Notes: generated by a model from the letters alone, not told the origin. Counted from the first letter of the stretch, positions 42,191-55,425 are shown. The stretch: 64,000 nucleotides of DNA from Eledone cirrhosa (GCA_964016885.1 OZ024762.1:4526001-4590000), one strand, 5' to 3'. Made by a program: numbers and translations.

Positions 42191-42226
<36 letters not shown>

Positions 42227-42663
42227 CGTCTGAGTACCTGTATGTGTGAGTGTGAGTGGACCCGTGTTATATTACATTTACATTACATAAATAGACTATA
42301 AACATTTATTACGTACGTAACACATTGCGCTATATAGAGAGAGAGAGAAATTACATCTACATGACTAGAACTGTTTCAGTGGTATGAAATCATCGGGAAC
42401 GGACATTCGGAGAAATGAACAGTTCTAGTCATGTAGAAGACATTTCTCAGCTAACCAATTGAGTAGTTTATTTAACTATAGGATTTTCCCGTTCCCCTTC
42501 GGAAAACCATTCTTAAATATATTATAACCATGACCGATCATGACTGAAATTCTTGATGTAACACCTCCCCTTTGTTCTTATTATATACACTCTGCTCTAG
42601 CATTGAGTGCTGACTTTGGAACCCTACACCGGTTTTCTACTGATTTACTGAACCTTCTATTCC

Positions 42664-42710
<47 letters not shown>

Positions 42711-42713
<3 letters not shown>

Positions 42714-42892
42714 ATTGTTTCTACTTTAGGCACAAGGCCAGCAATTACCCAGTGCATTACCTATACTTTATTTTATCGACCCCGTGAGGAGGAAAGGCAA
42801 AGTTAACCTCGGCGGTATTTGAACACAGAATGGCAAGGGCCGTAACTCTATGCGTCAAAGCATGGCGTCCGACCTTCTACCGACACTGCCAA
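42711..42892 (-). mobile_element. family 1 SINE
   Basis: Reverse complement of the consensus. Confidence 0.85.
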
Positions 42893-43052
42893 AATAATAA
42901 TAAATGTGAAGACTAAAATCCAAAGAGGACTCGATAAGGATAAATTATATATCAAATATATAAGAACCCTAGAGCAAATATTTATTAAAATAACAAATTA
43001 AAGTTTAAGCAAAGAATCGCTGCTTTCACCCTTAACGGGATCTTCTGAAATT

Positions 43053-43085
<33 letters not shown>

Positions 43086-43086
<1 letters not shown>

Positions 43087-43144
43087 GGAACGAGTAGGAC
43101 CCCGACGGCTGAGCTCAAGCCGTTTCGACGGCTAACTCTGGACT
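43086..43144. mobile_element. family A element, short copy
   Basis: aggaacgagtaggaccccgacggctgagctcaagccgtttcgacggctaactctggact between TA runs. Confidence 0.75.
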
Positions 43145-43759
43145 ATATATATATACATATACATATATTTATATAATATATGTATATAAGAACAAAGTAG
43201 AAGTGTTACAAAGTAGAGGTTTATTGCTTAACCCAGTTACAAATGTTTCCCGGGCAGTTGGCTCGTGATCTGGGGTCACCACCCCAGATCACACTCCAAG
43301 TCCACTTGATCCTCAGACCAGTGTTAAAAATCACATCGAATCTGAAGATGAACCAGCCAGACACAAACGAGCATATAGGATATAGTTTTCTTCGGACTTA
43401 CTGAACCTTTTGCACGTATATATATCTGTATATATATATATATGTGTGTGTGTGTGTATATATATATATAAAAGGGTGGATGAACTCATAAGAGTCAACG
43501 GCCATACACCCCGACAGAAAGTGTTGGAGGTCAACCAGGCAAGGGTTTCGTCCAGCAGGGGTGAGAAGGCTCTGGATTGGATTGGATTATGCAATGATTA
43601 GATCTTTAGTGTGCGTCAAGAGTAATGGTCGATGTGATAGAATTTAGAAAGACATTTGACAATGTAGAGAGTGAGACACCCAACTGAGGTCAATCTTGAG
43701 GTCATCTAGAATCTCTGAGAAGATAGTCACACTAATAAGTCTAGTGTTTCTCTCTCTGG

Positions 43760-44035
43760 TATTCCGTCGGTTACGACGGCGAGTGTTCCACTTGATACGA
43801 TCAACCGAACTGCATGCTCATGAAATTAACGTACAATTGGCTGAGTATTCCACAGACACTCGCACCCTTAACGTAGCTCAGAGGAATTCAGCCTGACACA
43901 GCATGAGACAAGCCTGGCTATTCGAATGACAGGTACAATTAATTTTTACTAGCTAAGTGGACTGGAGCAACGTGAAATAAAGATTCTTGCTCAAGGACAC
44001 ACAACGCACCGTCAAGAATCGAACTCACGGCCTGA
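43760..44035 (-). mobile_element. SINE family 2
   Basis: Same body and CORE-like segment as 26044-26345. Confidence 0.8.
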
Positions 44036-44088
44036 CTGAATATAAACATTTAAAATGTAATGTCATAATTACCAACAAGACAATCTCC

Positions 44089-44178
<90 letters not shown>

Positions 44179-45235
44179 GCGTGTGCGTGTGCGTGTGTGT
44201 GTGTGTGTGCCTGTGTGTGTAATGTATACACGAATGTGGAAAGTGAGATAAAGGTGTGGTGGTGTGGTGGGATGTCTGAGCAAGAAATATTTGCTAGAGG
44301 AAGGCATGAGGTAGCAATGTTATAGAAAGACAGGCAATGTTTAGTGTTCAGCCATCTTCGCAACTGATCTATGTAATATAATAGTCACCTCTACTGTAGC
44401 GGTGGTGGTGGTGGTGGTGATGAGGACGGTGATGGTGGCTTGTGGTGGTGGCGGTGGTGATGATGAGGGCGGTGATGGCGGCTTGTGGTGATAGTGATGA
44501 TGAGGGCGGTGATGGCGGCTTGTGGTGATAGTGATGATGAGGGCGGTGATGGTGCCTTGTGGTGGTGGTAGTGGTGATGGTGGCTTGTGATGGTGCCTTG
44601 TGGTGGTGGTGGTGGTGATGATGGTGATGATGATGATGAGGGCAGTGATGGTGGCTTGTGGTGGTGGTAGTGATGAGGGTGGTGTGGTGGTGGTGATGAT
44701 GAGGGCAGTGATGGTGGTGGTGGTGATGGTGGCTTGTGGTGGTGGCGGTGATGAGGGTGGTGGTGAGGGCAGTGATGGTGGCTTGTGGTGCTGGTGGTGG
44801 TGGTGATGAGGGTGGTGTGGTGGTGGTGGTGATGAGGGCAGTGATGGTGGCTTGTGGTGGTGGTGGTGATGAGGGTGGTGTGGTGGTGGTGATGATGAGG
44901 GCAGTGATGGTGGTGGTGGTGATAGTGGTGGTGAGGGCAGTGATGGTGGCTTGTGGTGGTGGTGGTGGTGGTGATGAGGGCAGTGATGGCGGCTTATGGT
45001 GGTGGTGGTGGTGGTGGTGGTGGTGGTGGTGGTGGTGGTGGTGGAGATGAAGGCAGTGGTGGTAGCCATAGGTATATCTCATGCAGGTGTTCAATTCTAG
45101 AATGTATCAACAAGGTTTCACTGCTGACTCTCAAATAACATTCTGGTAGAATTACATGGAGAGATAGGTGGAGAGCTACATTGGGGAATATATACTATAC
45201 TATCTACACGTGCACAGGTGTGTGTAAGGAACGTG

Positions 45236-45308
<73 letters not shown>

Positions 45309-45309
<1 letters not shown>

Positions 45310-45416
45310 GGAACAAGTATGACCCCTTGTTCCTATTACCCACTCTACTACCCTAAGTATTGAGTACTTTGGTGCGTTATGGTCCATTCTGGTTCCTTAC
45401 CACAATTCCTTCGTTA
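45309..45416. mobile_element. family A element, reverse copy with collapsed palindrome centre
   Basis: aggaacaagtatgacccc joined to ttgttcctattacccactctactaccc...ccttcgtt. TA flanks. Confidence 0.75.
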
Positions 45417-45423
45417 TATATAT

Positions 45424-46304
45424 AGGTAGGTAATAGGTAGGTAGGTAGGTAGGTAGGTAGGTAGGTAGGTAGGTAGGTAGGTAGGTAGGTAGGTAGGTAG
45501 GTAGGTAGGTAGGTAGGTAGGTAGGTAATAGGTAGGTAGGTAGGTAGGTAGGTAGGTAGATAGGTAGGTAGGTAATAGGTAGGTAGGTAGGTAGGTAGGT
45601 AGGTAGGTAGGTAGGTAGGTAGGTAGGTGGGTAAGTAGGTAGGTAGGTAGGTAGGTAGGTAGGTGGGTAATAGGTAGGTAGGTAGGTAGGTAGGTAGGTA
45701 GGTAGGTAGGTAGGTAGGTAGGTAGGTAGGTAGGTAGGTAATAGGTAGGTAGGTAGGTAGGTAGGTAGGTAGGTAGGTAGATAGGTAGGTAGGTAATAGG
45801 TAGGTAGGTAGGTAGGTAGGTAGGTAGGTAGGTAGGTAGGTAGGTAGGTAGGTAGGTGGGTAAGTAGGTAGGTAGGTAGGTAGGTAGGTAGGTAGGTGGG
45901 TAGGTAGGTAGGTAGGTGGGTAAGTAGGTAGGTAGGTAGGTAGGTAGGTAGGTAGGTAGGTAGGTGGGTAAGTAGGTAGGTAGGTAGGTAGGTAGGTAGG
46001 TAGGTAGGTAGGTAGGTAGGTAGGTAGGTAAGTAGGTAGGTACGTAGGTAGGTAGGTGGGTAGGTAGGTAGGTAGGTGGGTAAGTAGGTAGGTAGGTAGG
46101 TAGGTAGGTAAGTAGGTAGGTAGGTGGGTAGGTAGGTAGGTAGGTAGGTAGGTAGGTAGGTAGGTAGGTAGGTAGGTAGGTAGGTAGGTAGGTAGGTGGG
46201 TAAGTGGGTAGGTAGGTAGGTAAGTAGGTAGGTAGGTAGGTAGGTAGGTAGGTAGGTAGGTGGGTAAGTAGGTAGGTAGGTAGGTAGGTGGGTAGGTAGG
46301 TAGG
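45424..46304. repeat. (AGGT)n microsatellite, ~880 bp
   Basis: Direct reading. Confidence 0.97.
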
Positions 46305-47084
46305 TTTTATAGTTATTTTGTCCCAAATAATCTCTGATTGAGCAGACATTTGATGTCGTTCTAAACATGACCATTCCATCTTATTTAGGCAACAATCACT
46401 ACGACTATATACTGTTTAAGACATGAGGGTTTTATTTGAGAGAAATTTCACTGCTATTTCTAGCACGTCGCACGGCCATGTAGACGCTCCTTCGTTGATA
46501 TGTTTGTAGGAGCAGGTAGGGTAGGTGGATATATATTTTAATAGGTACTTGCAACTGCTGTTGTGTGTGGAGAAAGAGACACGCGTAATGGCATTCATGC
46601 ATGCCAACATATGGACATGAATATGAATATATATATATATATATACAGGGTGTCCCTCAAAAATGTATACACACTTCAACAGCATTCTAAGAAATATATG
46701 TATACATTTTGTGGGGATGCTGTATAATTACACATGTTTGAGGTTCTACGTGTGAATATAGATAGACATACATACTTACACGTGTGTGGTTGTGCCTATG
46801 AACATGAATATTTGCAGGCTAGACATACTTACAGGCATACGCGTACATACAAACATATACACATACACACATATAACTCAAAACATACCTATCCACATAT
46901 ACAATAACATCCATACCTGCACATGCATTCAGACATGCATGCACATCTACCTAGTTGATGTTTCCAATGAGAGAGTCTTGTGTCTATGTTAGAAACCGAC
47001 TCTCTCTCTCTATTGGCAAACAATTTATAAAATTATAAAACCAGAAGAACATACATACATACATACATACATATATGGTGGCTG

Positions 47085-47599
47085 CCAACTCGTTTTCGAA
47101 TACGGCCACTACTTTATATCCATGTAGGAGAACCCCTACCGATGCGCTGAACAAGTGTGACTTTTTAGTCCAGCCAGCGACTTGAGAACTCTGGTACAAA
47201 CACTACACTTGTGACAATTATAGACACATAGTGCTGGGCCCATGGTACCATGTGACGACAAGTGCAGAGAGATCTCCAGATATAAAGCAATGCCTGTGCC
47301 GTGAAGCTTTTATAGTGAGCAAAGGCACTGCACAAAGCCAGTCCCACTCTCTTAACCAAGATGATATTTACCAAAAAGAAGAACAAGTCAACATCATTGG
47401 ATACCATCAGGGTTGCAGGTGTTATATCAGAGTTTTCCTTCTCCTAGAATTCTGCCTTGACAAAGGCTAAGGGGTCATCTCTCCCGGTGAATTTGGATGG
47501 CCATTAACTCTTAAGAGCTCCTTTGCCCTTTGACAGGTTTTGTTTTTAGTCCTGCAGGATGTCCAAAGTCACCCTCCTCACCAAGAAACCTTGGTGACA

Positions 47600-47630
<31 letters not shown>

Positions 47631-47960
47631 CTGATGGCTGCAACTCGATTTCTAGTAATGCCATCGCTTGATACTTAAGCATGAACAACACGGACCTGGC
47701 TTTTTTGTCCCGCTAGGGACTTGCCTATGGCCAGCCATGCCATGCATCACAACAAATGTCACATATCAAGCAATGCCTGTGCTGGAAGCACAGTAAGGAA
47801 AGACTTTGCACGGAGCCAATCCCACTCTCTGAACATCGAATGCATTTGACCAAAAAGAAGAACTGGTCTACATCATTGGATGCAAACAAAGTCGCAGGTT
47901 TTATATCAGAGTGACCTTCTCCTAGAGAGATGTCTTAATGAAGTCTAGGGGTCTCTCACA
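47085..47960 (-). mobile_element. two diverged RTE-related 5'UTR-like elements
   Basis: Two copies (about 47085-47597 and 47630-47960) share aagcaatgcctgtgc...cccactctct...ttatatcagag..ccttctcctaga. The CTAGGAGAAGGAAAACTCTGA motif (minus strand) resembles RTE 5' regions. Adjacent to (CATA)n. Confidence 0.55.
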
Positions 47961-48002
47961 CCACAAACAAAGTGGTTGTACCTATGAACATGGATATATG
48001 CA

Positions 48003-48033
<31 letters not shown>

Positions 48034-48942
48034 CATACATACATACATACATACATACATACATACATACATACATAAGGGATGCACCCATCAATATCCC
48101 TGTACCATGAGATCAAAACAGACCAGATATCTTGATCTTGGAGAGAGAAAAGAACGGATGTACTTTAAAAAAGTAGCAGCTGACCAGCCGACGTCAATAT
48201 AACGTTAAATACATATATCTATAGCATGGTATCTCTCTCTCTCTATCTCTCTCTCTCTTTCTATATATATATATATATATGAAATACCTATGACCGTTGG
48301 TAAATCACTGATGAGGGACTCATTTTATAACATGTTATCCATGTGCAACCATGCAGTATTCTTCTCCCCATTTTTTCATATATATATATATATATATATA
48401 TATCGCTAATTTCCAATAGCCGAAATGCGATTCTCGCTAATTTATATTTGTATTAATCTCCAGAGTCTAGCTATTAACCAGTTAATTTTTTTTGATTTTT
48501 TTTACTTAATTCTATTGACTGATTAATAGCTTATGTTAATTTTAAAAACTATTCTGTCGAAAGCTTAATTCGCTTTGTGATATTTTGCAATTTTGCAATA
48601 ACCACACATACTGAATTCATCCGCCAATACTAGGGGTTGCTCTCTTCTAACCCCCCACGTGGATTCAGATAACGGTCAGTTCCTTAGCTTTGCATAGAAC
48701 TAAATGTCTGTTTAAAAAGTGACTTCCTTGTTCGATCATCATACCGAAAGCTTAACATTATTTGTTTAAGCAGACAGTACCTGATTTAGGAGTTGCAGAA
48801 ACCCCATATTGGATCTTACCACCGTTTCCAAGGGTCCGGGTATAATTTTCAATCATATTTTATTATTTGTTTGACCCGAATAGCTTGGTCGCTTCTATGG
48901 CTTCGCGGTTAATAGTTTAACCATCGTCTCAGTGTGTTTGGT

Positions 48943-48977
<35 letters not shown>

Positions 48978-49109
48978 TAAAATTACATGAGAAAATACTC
49001 TAATATTGGTGGTATAAACAAGATAGACGAAAAAATGTTTGTATCTAACTTCGCCTATATGAGATGTTTGTGTATTAGAGACTAATTAACCTTTAATTAA
49101 TATATATAA

Positions 49110-49142
<33 letters not shown>

Positions 49143-49145
<3 letters not shown>

Positions 49146-49470
49146 CCAAACCAACCCAGGGCCTTATCACTCCTGTTGGAGGAACCCTCCTTTGTTGATC
49201 TCCACCGCTTTCTGTCTGTTCCGGTGATGTATTCAGGAGTGTAGCCGTACTGACCATGCTTGGCCAATTGCGGATTGGGTAAATAATTTAATCCATAGTT
49301 GGCGTGGGTGGCATTTGATTCTGAGGAGTTCATCCACCCATTTAATAGCTCTTGATTTTGTCCTGCTGCTAGAGTTCCACTTACCCTCCTCACCCGACGA
49401 GGGTCTGGTGGGGGAGCCGGTTTAGCCGCCGACCATGACGCAGATTGTACTGGACTGCGTGGTACTAGTA
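49143..49470 (-). mobile_element. short RTE-derived non-autonomous element
   Basis: The 3' part encodes ...DRKRWR... (RTE C-terminal motif) and matches 43470-43590 in the opposite orientation. The 5' part contains GGGTGAGGAGGGT, similar to the motif at 47570. Confidence 0.5.
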
Positions 49471-50623
49471 GCAGACAGAAGCCTGACCAAGAAGTATTTA
49501 CCAGCCTAAAAATAGACTATAGAATAAAGATTTTATCGTTATGTGTATCATAAACTACCTTTAAAGACCATGAAAGTAAGTATTGGTAACTCCAATGTAT
49601 ATCAATAAATCCGGAGGATTTGAGATTAGTAGGGTTAGTAAAATATTTTAAATTCTCATTCATTCTCTGAATCAATGCAAGAATCATAATGACTGCTCTC
49701 TTAACGGTGTGTACCCTTCTAAAGCATTAGTTTATCGTACTAAGTTCTCCTTTCTTATTAATAGCGAAACCAAAACTTATATAGAGTTTACTGAAAATCT
49801 TTCGTGCGAAACCATTTTGCTGGTTTGAGAGGTGAAGACGTGTGCGTGTGAACTTGTCTTCTACATCGCCGTTCTTTAATTCCTTCTTCCAGTCACTTCT
49901 GTGCACTAACACTCTTCTCCTTGTCCTCCTCCTCTTTCAATCTTTTCTCATTTATATATATTTAAATACACCGCGCTTCGTCTCAATCAGAGACAACAAT
50001 GTTTTTCATATAACTTTTAAAAAACGATTCTTGCAACACAACTTTAAATACTACAAAAGATGCATCCCTACGTCACTCTCTAAATAGATTGGGAGTCTTA
50101 AGGATGATGATATTAACACTTATAAAATCGTTTGGTCCACTATATAATACACAGCTCCCTAAGTTCATGAGTATCTTTGTAGACACAGTCATCAGTAGCT
50201 ATTGATTATTTTACAACTATCATCTGACTTTATTTGCCACATCATAAATCTGCCATAACCACAAAGATGGTTATGAAATGAAAACAAAAATACATTTTGT
50301 TATTCAACAACACCAAAATGTCATTAACTATAGCCAGCTTGCGTGTGTTTTACACGTATGATACTGTAGACATGAAAACATCACAAGAACATAGCATGTG
50401 TTCTGCATGAAACAATTGAATAAATGAATATGATGTATAGTTTCTGATGTTTTTGTGTGGTGGGGGAGGGTACAGCTAATCAAATATCGATGACTAATAA
50501 TGTCCCAAAGTGTTTAAGAATATTTTTCTTTATATGTTATCACACTGCTTCCGTTCCTCAGTCATTTGAACGATCGACGACATGAAACTCAACGAAATGA
50601 CTCAAGAAGATCCAGCTTCTAAT

Positions 50624-50710
<87 letters not shown>

Positions 50711-50990
50711 GTGTGTGTGTGTGTGTCTGTGTGTCTGTGTGTGTGTGTGTGTGTGTGTATGTGTGTGTGTGTGTGAGTATGTGTGTGTGTGTGTATCTGT
50801 GTGTGTGTGTGTGAGTGTTCATGTGTTGGACAATGAAAACAAAAGAAGTTTAGTGCTTAATAAGTTCGTTGTTTTACGATCGTTTCAGAAGGTTAATTGA
50901 TCACGATAAATCAATGACTAATCGATAGTAGTTATGTAACTCCATATTATTAGTCTCGATATTCCAGGTCCATCTTATCGCCTTCATCAG

Positions 50991-51031
<41 letters not shown>

Positions 51032-51041
51032 CATATATATG

Positions 51042-51095
<54 letters not shown>

Positions 51096-51101
51096 CATAT
51101 A

Positions 51102-51139
<38 letters not shown>

Positions 51140-51229
51140 GGCATATATATATGTATATATACATATATATATAGGCATATATATATATGTATATATACAT
51201 ATACATATATATATATATACATATATATG

Positions 51230-51261
<32 letters not shown>

Positions 51262-51341
51262 TATACATATATACATATATATATAGGCATATATATATAT
51301 GTATATATACATATACATATATATATATATACATATATATG

Positions 51342-51373
<32 letters not shown>

Positions 51374-51386
51374 TATACATATATAC

Positions 51387-51421
<35 letters not shown>

Positions 51422-51437
51422 TATATAGGCATATATA

Positions 51438-51477
<40 letters not shown>

Positions 51478-51510
51478 CATACATATATATATATATATGT
51501 ATATATAATC

Positions 51511-51542
<32 letters not shown>

Positions 51543-52118
51543 ATATATAAACATATATATATATATATATATGCGTGTGCGCCTACATAAGTGTTAGGCC
51601 GAATCTCCCTGAAAACCCTGTTAAGGGTACATGCTTGTGTGGAATGCTCAGCCACTTGCACGTTGATTTCGTAAAGAAGCGGTTTCCTTGATTAAAACAG
51701 CTGGGATGCCCATCTTGAAACGCGAGCGGACATGTCTGAGAGAGAGAGAGAGAGAGAGAGGGGGGAGAGAGACAGAGAGAGAGAGAGAGAGAACGTGCGT
51801 GAGTGTGAATGTGTGTGTGTATATGCATGAAAGTGTGTGTGAGAGAGAGCATGTGTGTGTGTGTACAGGAGAGTGTGAGGGTGTGTGTGTGTTTACAGGT
51901 GTGTGTGTGTGTACAGGAGAGGGTGTGTGTGTTTACAGGTGTGTGTGTGTACAGGAGAGTGTGAGGGTGTGTGTGTGTTTACAGGTGTGTGTGTGTGGGT
52001 GGGTGGGTGGGTGTAGAGAGTTATATTCAGGAAACAGTAAAAGTCGTGAAAATTCCATCTTGTAAGGTGAGCTTAAGTTAGAAACTAAACAGTTGGAATT
52101 TCATGTATGAGAATCTCA

Positions 52119-52200
<82 letters not shown>

Positions 52201-52479
52201 TGAGAGAGACATAGACACACACATATATATATAGAGAGAGAGAGACACATAGACACACACATATATATATATATAGAGAGAGAGAGACATAGACATACAC
52301 ACATATATATATAGAGAGAGAGAGAGACATAGACATACACATATATATATATATATACACACACACATATAACCAAAGATTAATATGTTTCATTGATTAC
52401 TCAATGAATATAGTTTTACAATAAATTAAAAGCACTCTACGGGGAGTTTTCTAGGGTTAGTAATATTATTCAAAATATT

Positions 52480-52667
52480 AATTGTTTCTACTTTTGACAC
52501 AAGGCCAGCAATTACCCAGTGCATTACTGGTACTTTATTTTATCGACCCCGTAAGGATGAAAGGCAAAGTCAACCTCGGCGGGATTTGAACTCAGATCGT
52601 AAAGGGACGTAACTATGCTGGAAAGCATGGCGTCCGACCCTCTACCGATACTGCCAATCCACCCCCC
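52480..52667 (-). mobile_element. family 1 SINE
   Basis: Reverse complement of the consensus; atattattcaaaatattaa is repeated on both sides. Confidence 0.85.
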
Positions 52668-52668
52668 T

Positions 52669-52911
52669 ATATTATTCAAAATATTAATAAATGAATACGT
52701 TCACATAATCAAAATATATGTTTTATTATATATATTTCTACCAATACTGGAATTAAACCATCAAGACAGTTGAGGTATGTCATACATCAATTCATATATT
52801 TTATCTGATGAGGACGTACTGAAAAAACAGCACAGTACCTCCGAAATATATATAATAAAACATATATTTTGATTATATGAACGTCTTCATTTATTAATAT
52901 TTTGAATAATA
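52669..52911. repeat. ~70-bp inverted repeat bracketing the hammerhead
   Basis: 52669-52738 is the reverse complement of 52843-52911 with about 3 mismatches. The right arm begins exactly at the ribozyme GAAA. Confidence 0.8.
52799..52860 (+). ncRNA. type I minimal hammerhead ribozyme motif (Penelope-like element type)
   Basis: Stem I TTTTAT/ATAAAA; core CTGATGA (52805-52811); stem II GGA-C-GTACTG...CAGTAC-C-TCC; GAAA (52843-52846); palindromic minimal stem III ATATATAT; AUA cleavage triplet ending at 52854. Confidence 0.75.
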
Positions 52912-52930
52912 TATATATATATATATATAG

Positions 52931-53062
52931 GTAAGTTATTCCGGGTTGAATCGGAGGTAACTACAGTAAGTAAGGTACTCAATACAAAGCAGAGTATAAA
53001 GTTTTAATATAGATGAGATTCTACAGGACTAGAACTGTTTCATTCTTTAGAAATCATCAGTA

Positions 53063-53063
<1 letters not shown>
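52931..53063 (-). mobile_element. family B element with hammerhead core
   Basis: Minus strand reads CTGATGA-TTTCTAAAGAAT-GAAA-CAGTTCTA-GTC. Stem I partner is missing (5'-truncated). Flanked by (TA)n. Confidence 0.65.
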
Positions 53064-53139
<76 letters not shown>

Positions 53140-53141
<2 letters not shown>

Positions 53142-53328
53142 CGAAGTAAATGTGGTAAGGAACCAGGTGGACCATAACGCACCAAAGTACTCAATACTTA
53201 GGGTAGTAGAGTGGGTAATAGGAACGAGTAGGACCCCGACGGCTGAGCTCAAGCCGTTTCGACGGCTAATTCTGGACTGAATTAGCCGTCGAAACGGCTT
53301 GAGCTCAGCCGTCGGGGTCCTACTCGTT

Positions 53329-53331
<3 letters not shown>
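53140..53331. mobile_element. family A element with fold-back arm
   Basis: Forward copy plus near-perfect inverted arm (53220-53331) inside a long (TA)n. Confidence 0.85.
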
Positions 53332-53387
<56 letters not shown>

Positions 53388-53429
53388 GAGTACACGTTTA
53401 CAAACACATACACAACAACAGCAACACAC

Positions 53430-53478
53430 AAACACATACACACATTCAAGCACCTGCATGCACATCTACATATTCACG

Positions 53479-53519
<41 letters not shown>

Positions 53520-53614
53520 ACATTCAAGCACCTGCATGCACATCTACATATTCACGCATACACACACACACATACACACATTCAAGCACCTGCATGCACA
53601 TCTACATATTCACG

Positions 53615-53649
<35 letters not shown>

Positions 53650-53800
53650 TCAAGCACCTGCATGCACATCTACATATTCACGCATATACACACACACACA
53701 TACACACATTGAAGCACCTGCATGCACATCTACATATTCACGCATATACACACACATTCAAGCACCTGCATGCACATCTACATATTCACGCATATACACA
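53430..53800. repeat. minisatellite with variable (CA)n spacer
   Basis: cacattcaagcacctgcatgcacatctacatattcacgcata repeated 6 times. Confidence 0.9.
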
Positions 53801-54412
53801 CACACACACATACACACACATGCATATACACACACACACACATACACACACATGCATATACACACACCCACACATGACTTTTTAAGCTTTGATGTTCAAG
53901 CAGATAGTTTGTATAAGCATCTCTATAAATATCACTAGTGGTGGTGGTGGTGGGTGGGTGGGTGGTGGCGGTGGTGGTGGTAGGGTAGGGGGGTAATGTG
54001 GGTGGGGGGGTTAGAAGTTTGGGGGGGGGTGATAGTGGTGGTGGTGCTGCTGGTGGTTGTGATGGTGGTGGTATTGGTGATGAAGTGTGATGTGATATTT
54101 GGTGGAGGTGGTGATGGGGATGATGATGATGGTGGTAATGGAGACCGTCGTCGTCATAGTGAGGGTAGGGATGGTGGTGGTGGTGGTGGTGGTGATAGTG
54201 GTGGTAGTGGTGGTGGTGTTATATCTATATATAAAGTGTGAGAGAGAGAGTGTGTGTAATAGGCAGACAGACAGATATATAGATGGATAGATGGAGAGAG
54301 GGGGAGGGTGCGTAGATAGATAGATAGATAGACCACACAGACAGATATATATAGAGAGAGAGAAAGAGAGGGGGAGATAAATATATATAGAGAGAGAGGG
54401 AGAGAGATAGAG

Positions 54413-54443
<31 letters not shown>

Positions 54444-54635
54444 GATAGATTTCTTTATTAGCCACAAGGGCGCAACAAGAAAGGGGACAATACAAAGACA
54501 TGCCGGGGATTTTACATACAGTCGTGTAAAAAATATAAAAACAAACAATTTCAACAATCGAAATCCCCAATAGGGGGGGAGGCGCCACAGATAGATAGAT
54601 AGATAGATAGATAGATAAACCATACAGGCAGATAG

Positions 54636-54751
<116 letters not shown>

Positions 54752-55070
54752 GGAGACCACACAGTCATATAGACAGATAAACAGATAGATATAATATGAC
54801 AAGCCGGCAGACTGACTGATAAATAAATCGATCGACTAACCAATAAATATTGGTTCAATGAAATGAAGTGAGTTAAACTGATTGATAGCAAACAACACAC
54901 AAATCTCTAAGAAAGTTTCAACAACTTTTCTTCTTCCATTTCCTCAGACTATGCTTGCTATATCATTTGGTTTTTCTTTCAAAGCCCCTTAAATTTTATC
55001 ACTCAAAAATCAAAAGTCAAAAATATAGAAACAAAATTTCAAAATGTAGAAAATATAGGTGTTAACTTAC

Positions 55071-55425
55071 CGTTGGCAGAAATTACTAAGCAAGACAAGA
55101 AGAAAGAAAATTTAACGAATGCCCTCTTCTAGTATTTTAGCAGACGACCGACGAAAGCGACTGAAGGATGTTTGCGTATGTGTGTAGGTGTGAGTGTGTG
55201 AGCGTATGTGTAAGTGTGTGAGTGTGTGAGTGTGTGTGTTTGTTTGTTTGAGAGTAAGTGGTGGGTGGGGGTGATATATAAATATATATATATATATAGA
55301 GAGAGAGAGGGAGAAAGCGAAAGAGAAAGAGAGATAAACAGATAGACAGAGGTAAAAAGCAAGATTTTCCGAGAGTAACAACACGAGACCACTGACAACG
55401 CCGGCTTGTACGAAATAAAATAACT
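55071..55425 (-). other. probable non-coding 5' exon (alternative first exon) of the minus-strand gene
   Basis: Perfect ACG|gtaagt donor at 55071. CpG-containing unique sequence with no ATG near the donor. Initiator-like TCAGTC (55159-55164) and TCAGTT (55422-55427) on the minus strand. Upstream boundary uncertain. Confidence 0.5.

Noticed and set aside
49380-49470. Twister or HDV-like ribozyme at the RTE-derived 5' end (…GGGTGAGGAGGGT)
   Set aside because: Only the terminal purine motif resembles RTE-associated twisters. The conserved UAA/GCC/GUCCCAAGC core and the pairings cannot be built.
49506-49515. MEF2 consensus CTAAAAATAG in a muscle-type gene
   Set aside because: A single 10-mer in very AT-rich DNA is expected by chance and no conservation data are available.
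49727-49912. 61-aa minus-strand ORF
   Set aside because: No recognisable domain and no compatible splice sites.
54545-54590. PPYWGFRLL as the missing PDZ N-terminal exon
   Set aside because: No following GG motif, no suitable splice sites, embedded between (GATA)n repeats. Chance match.
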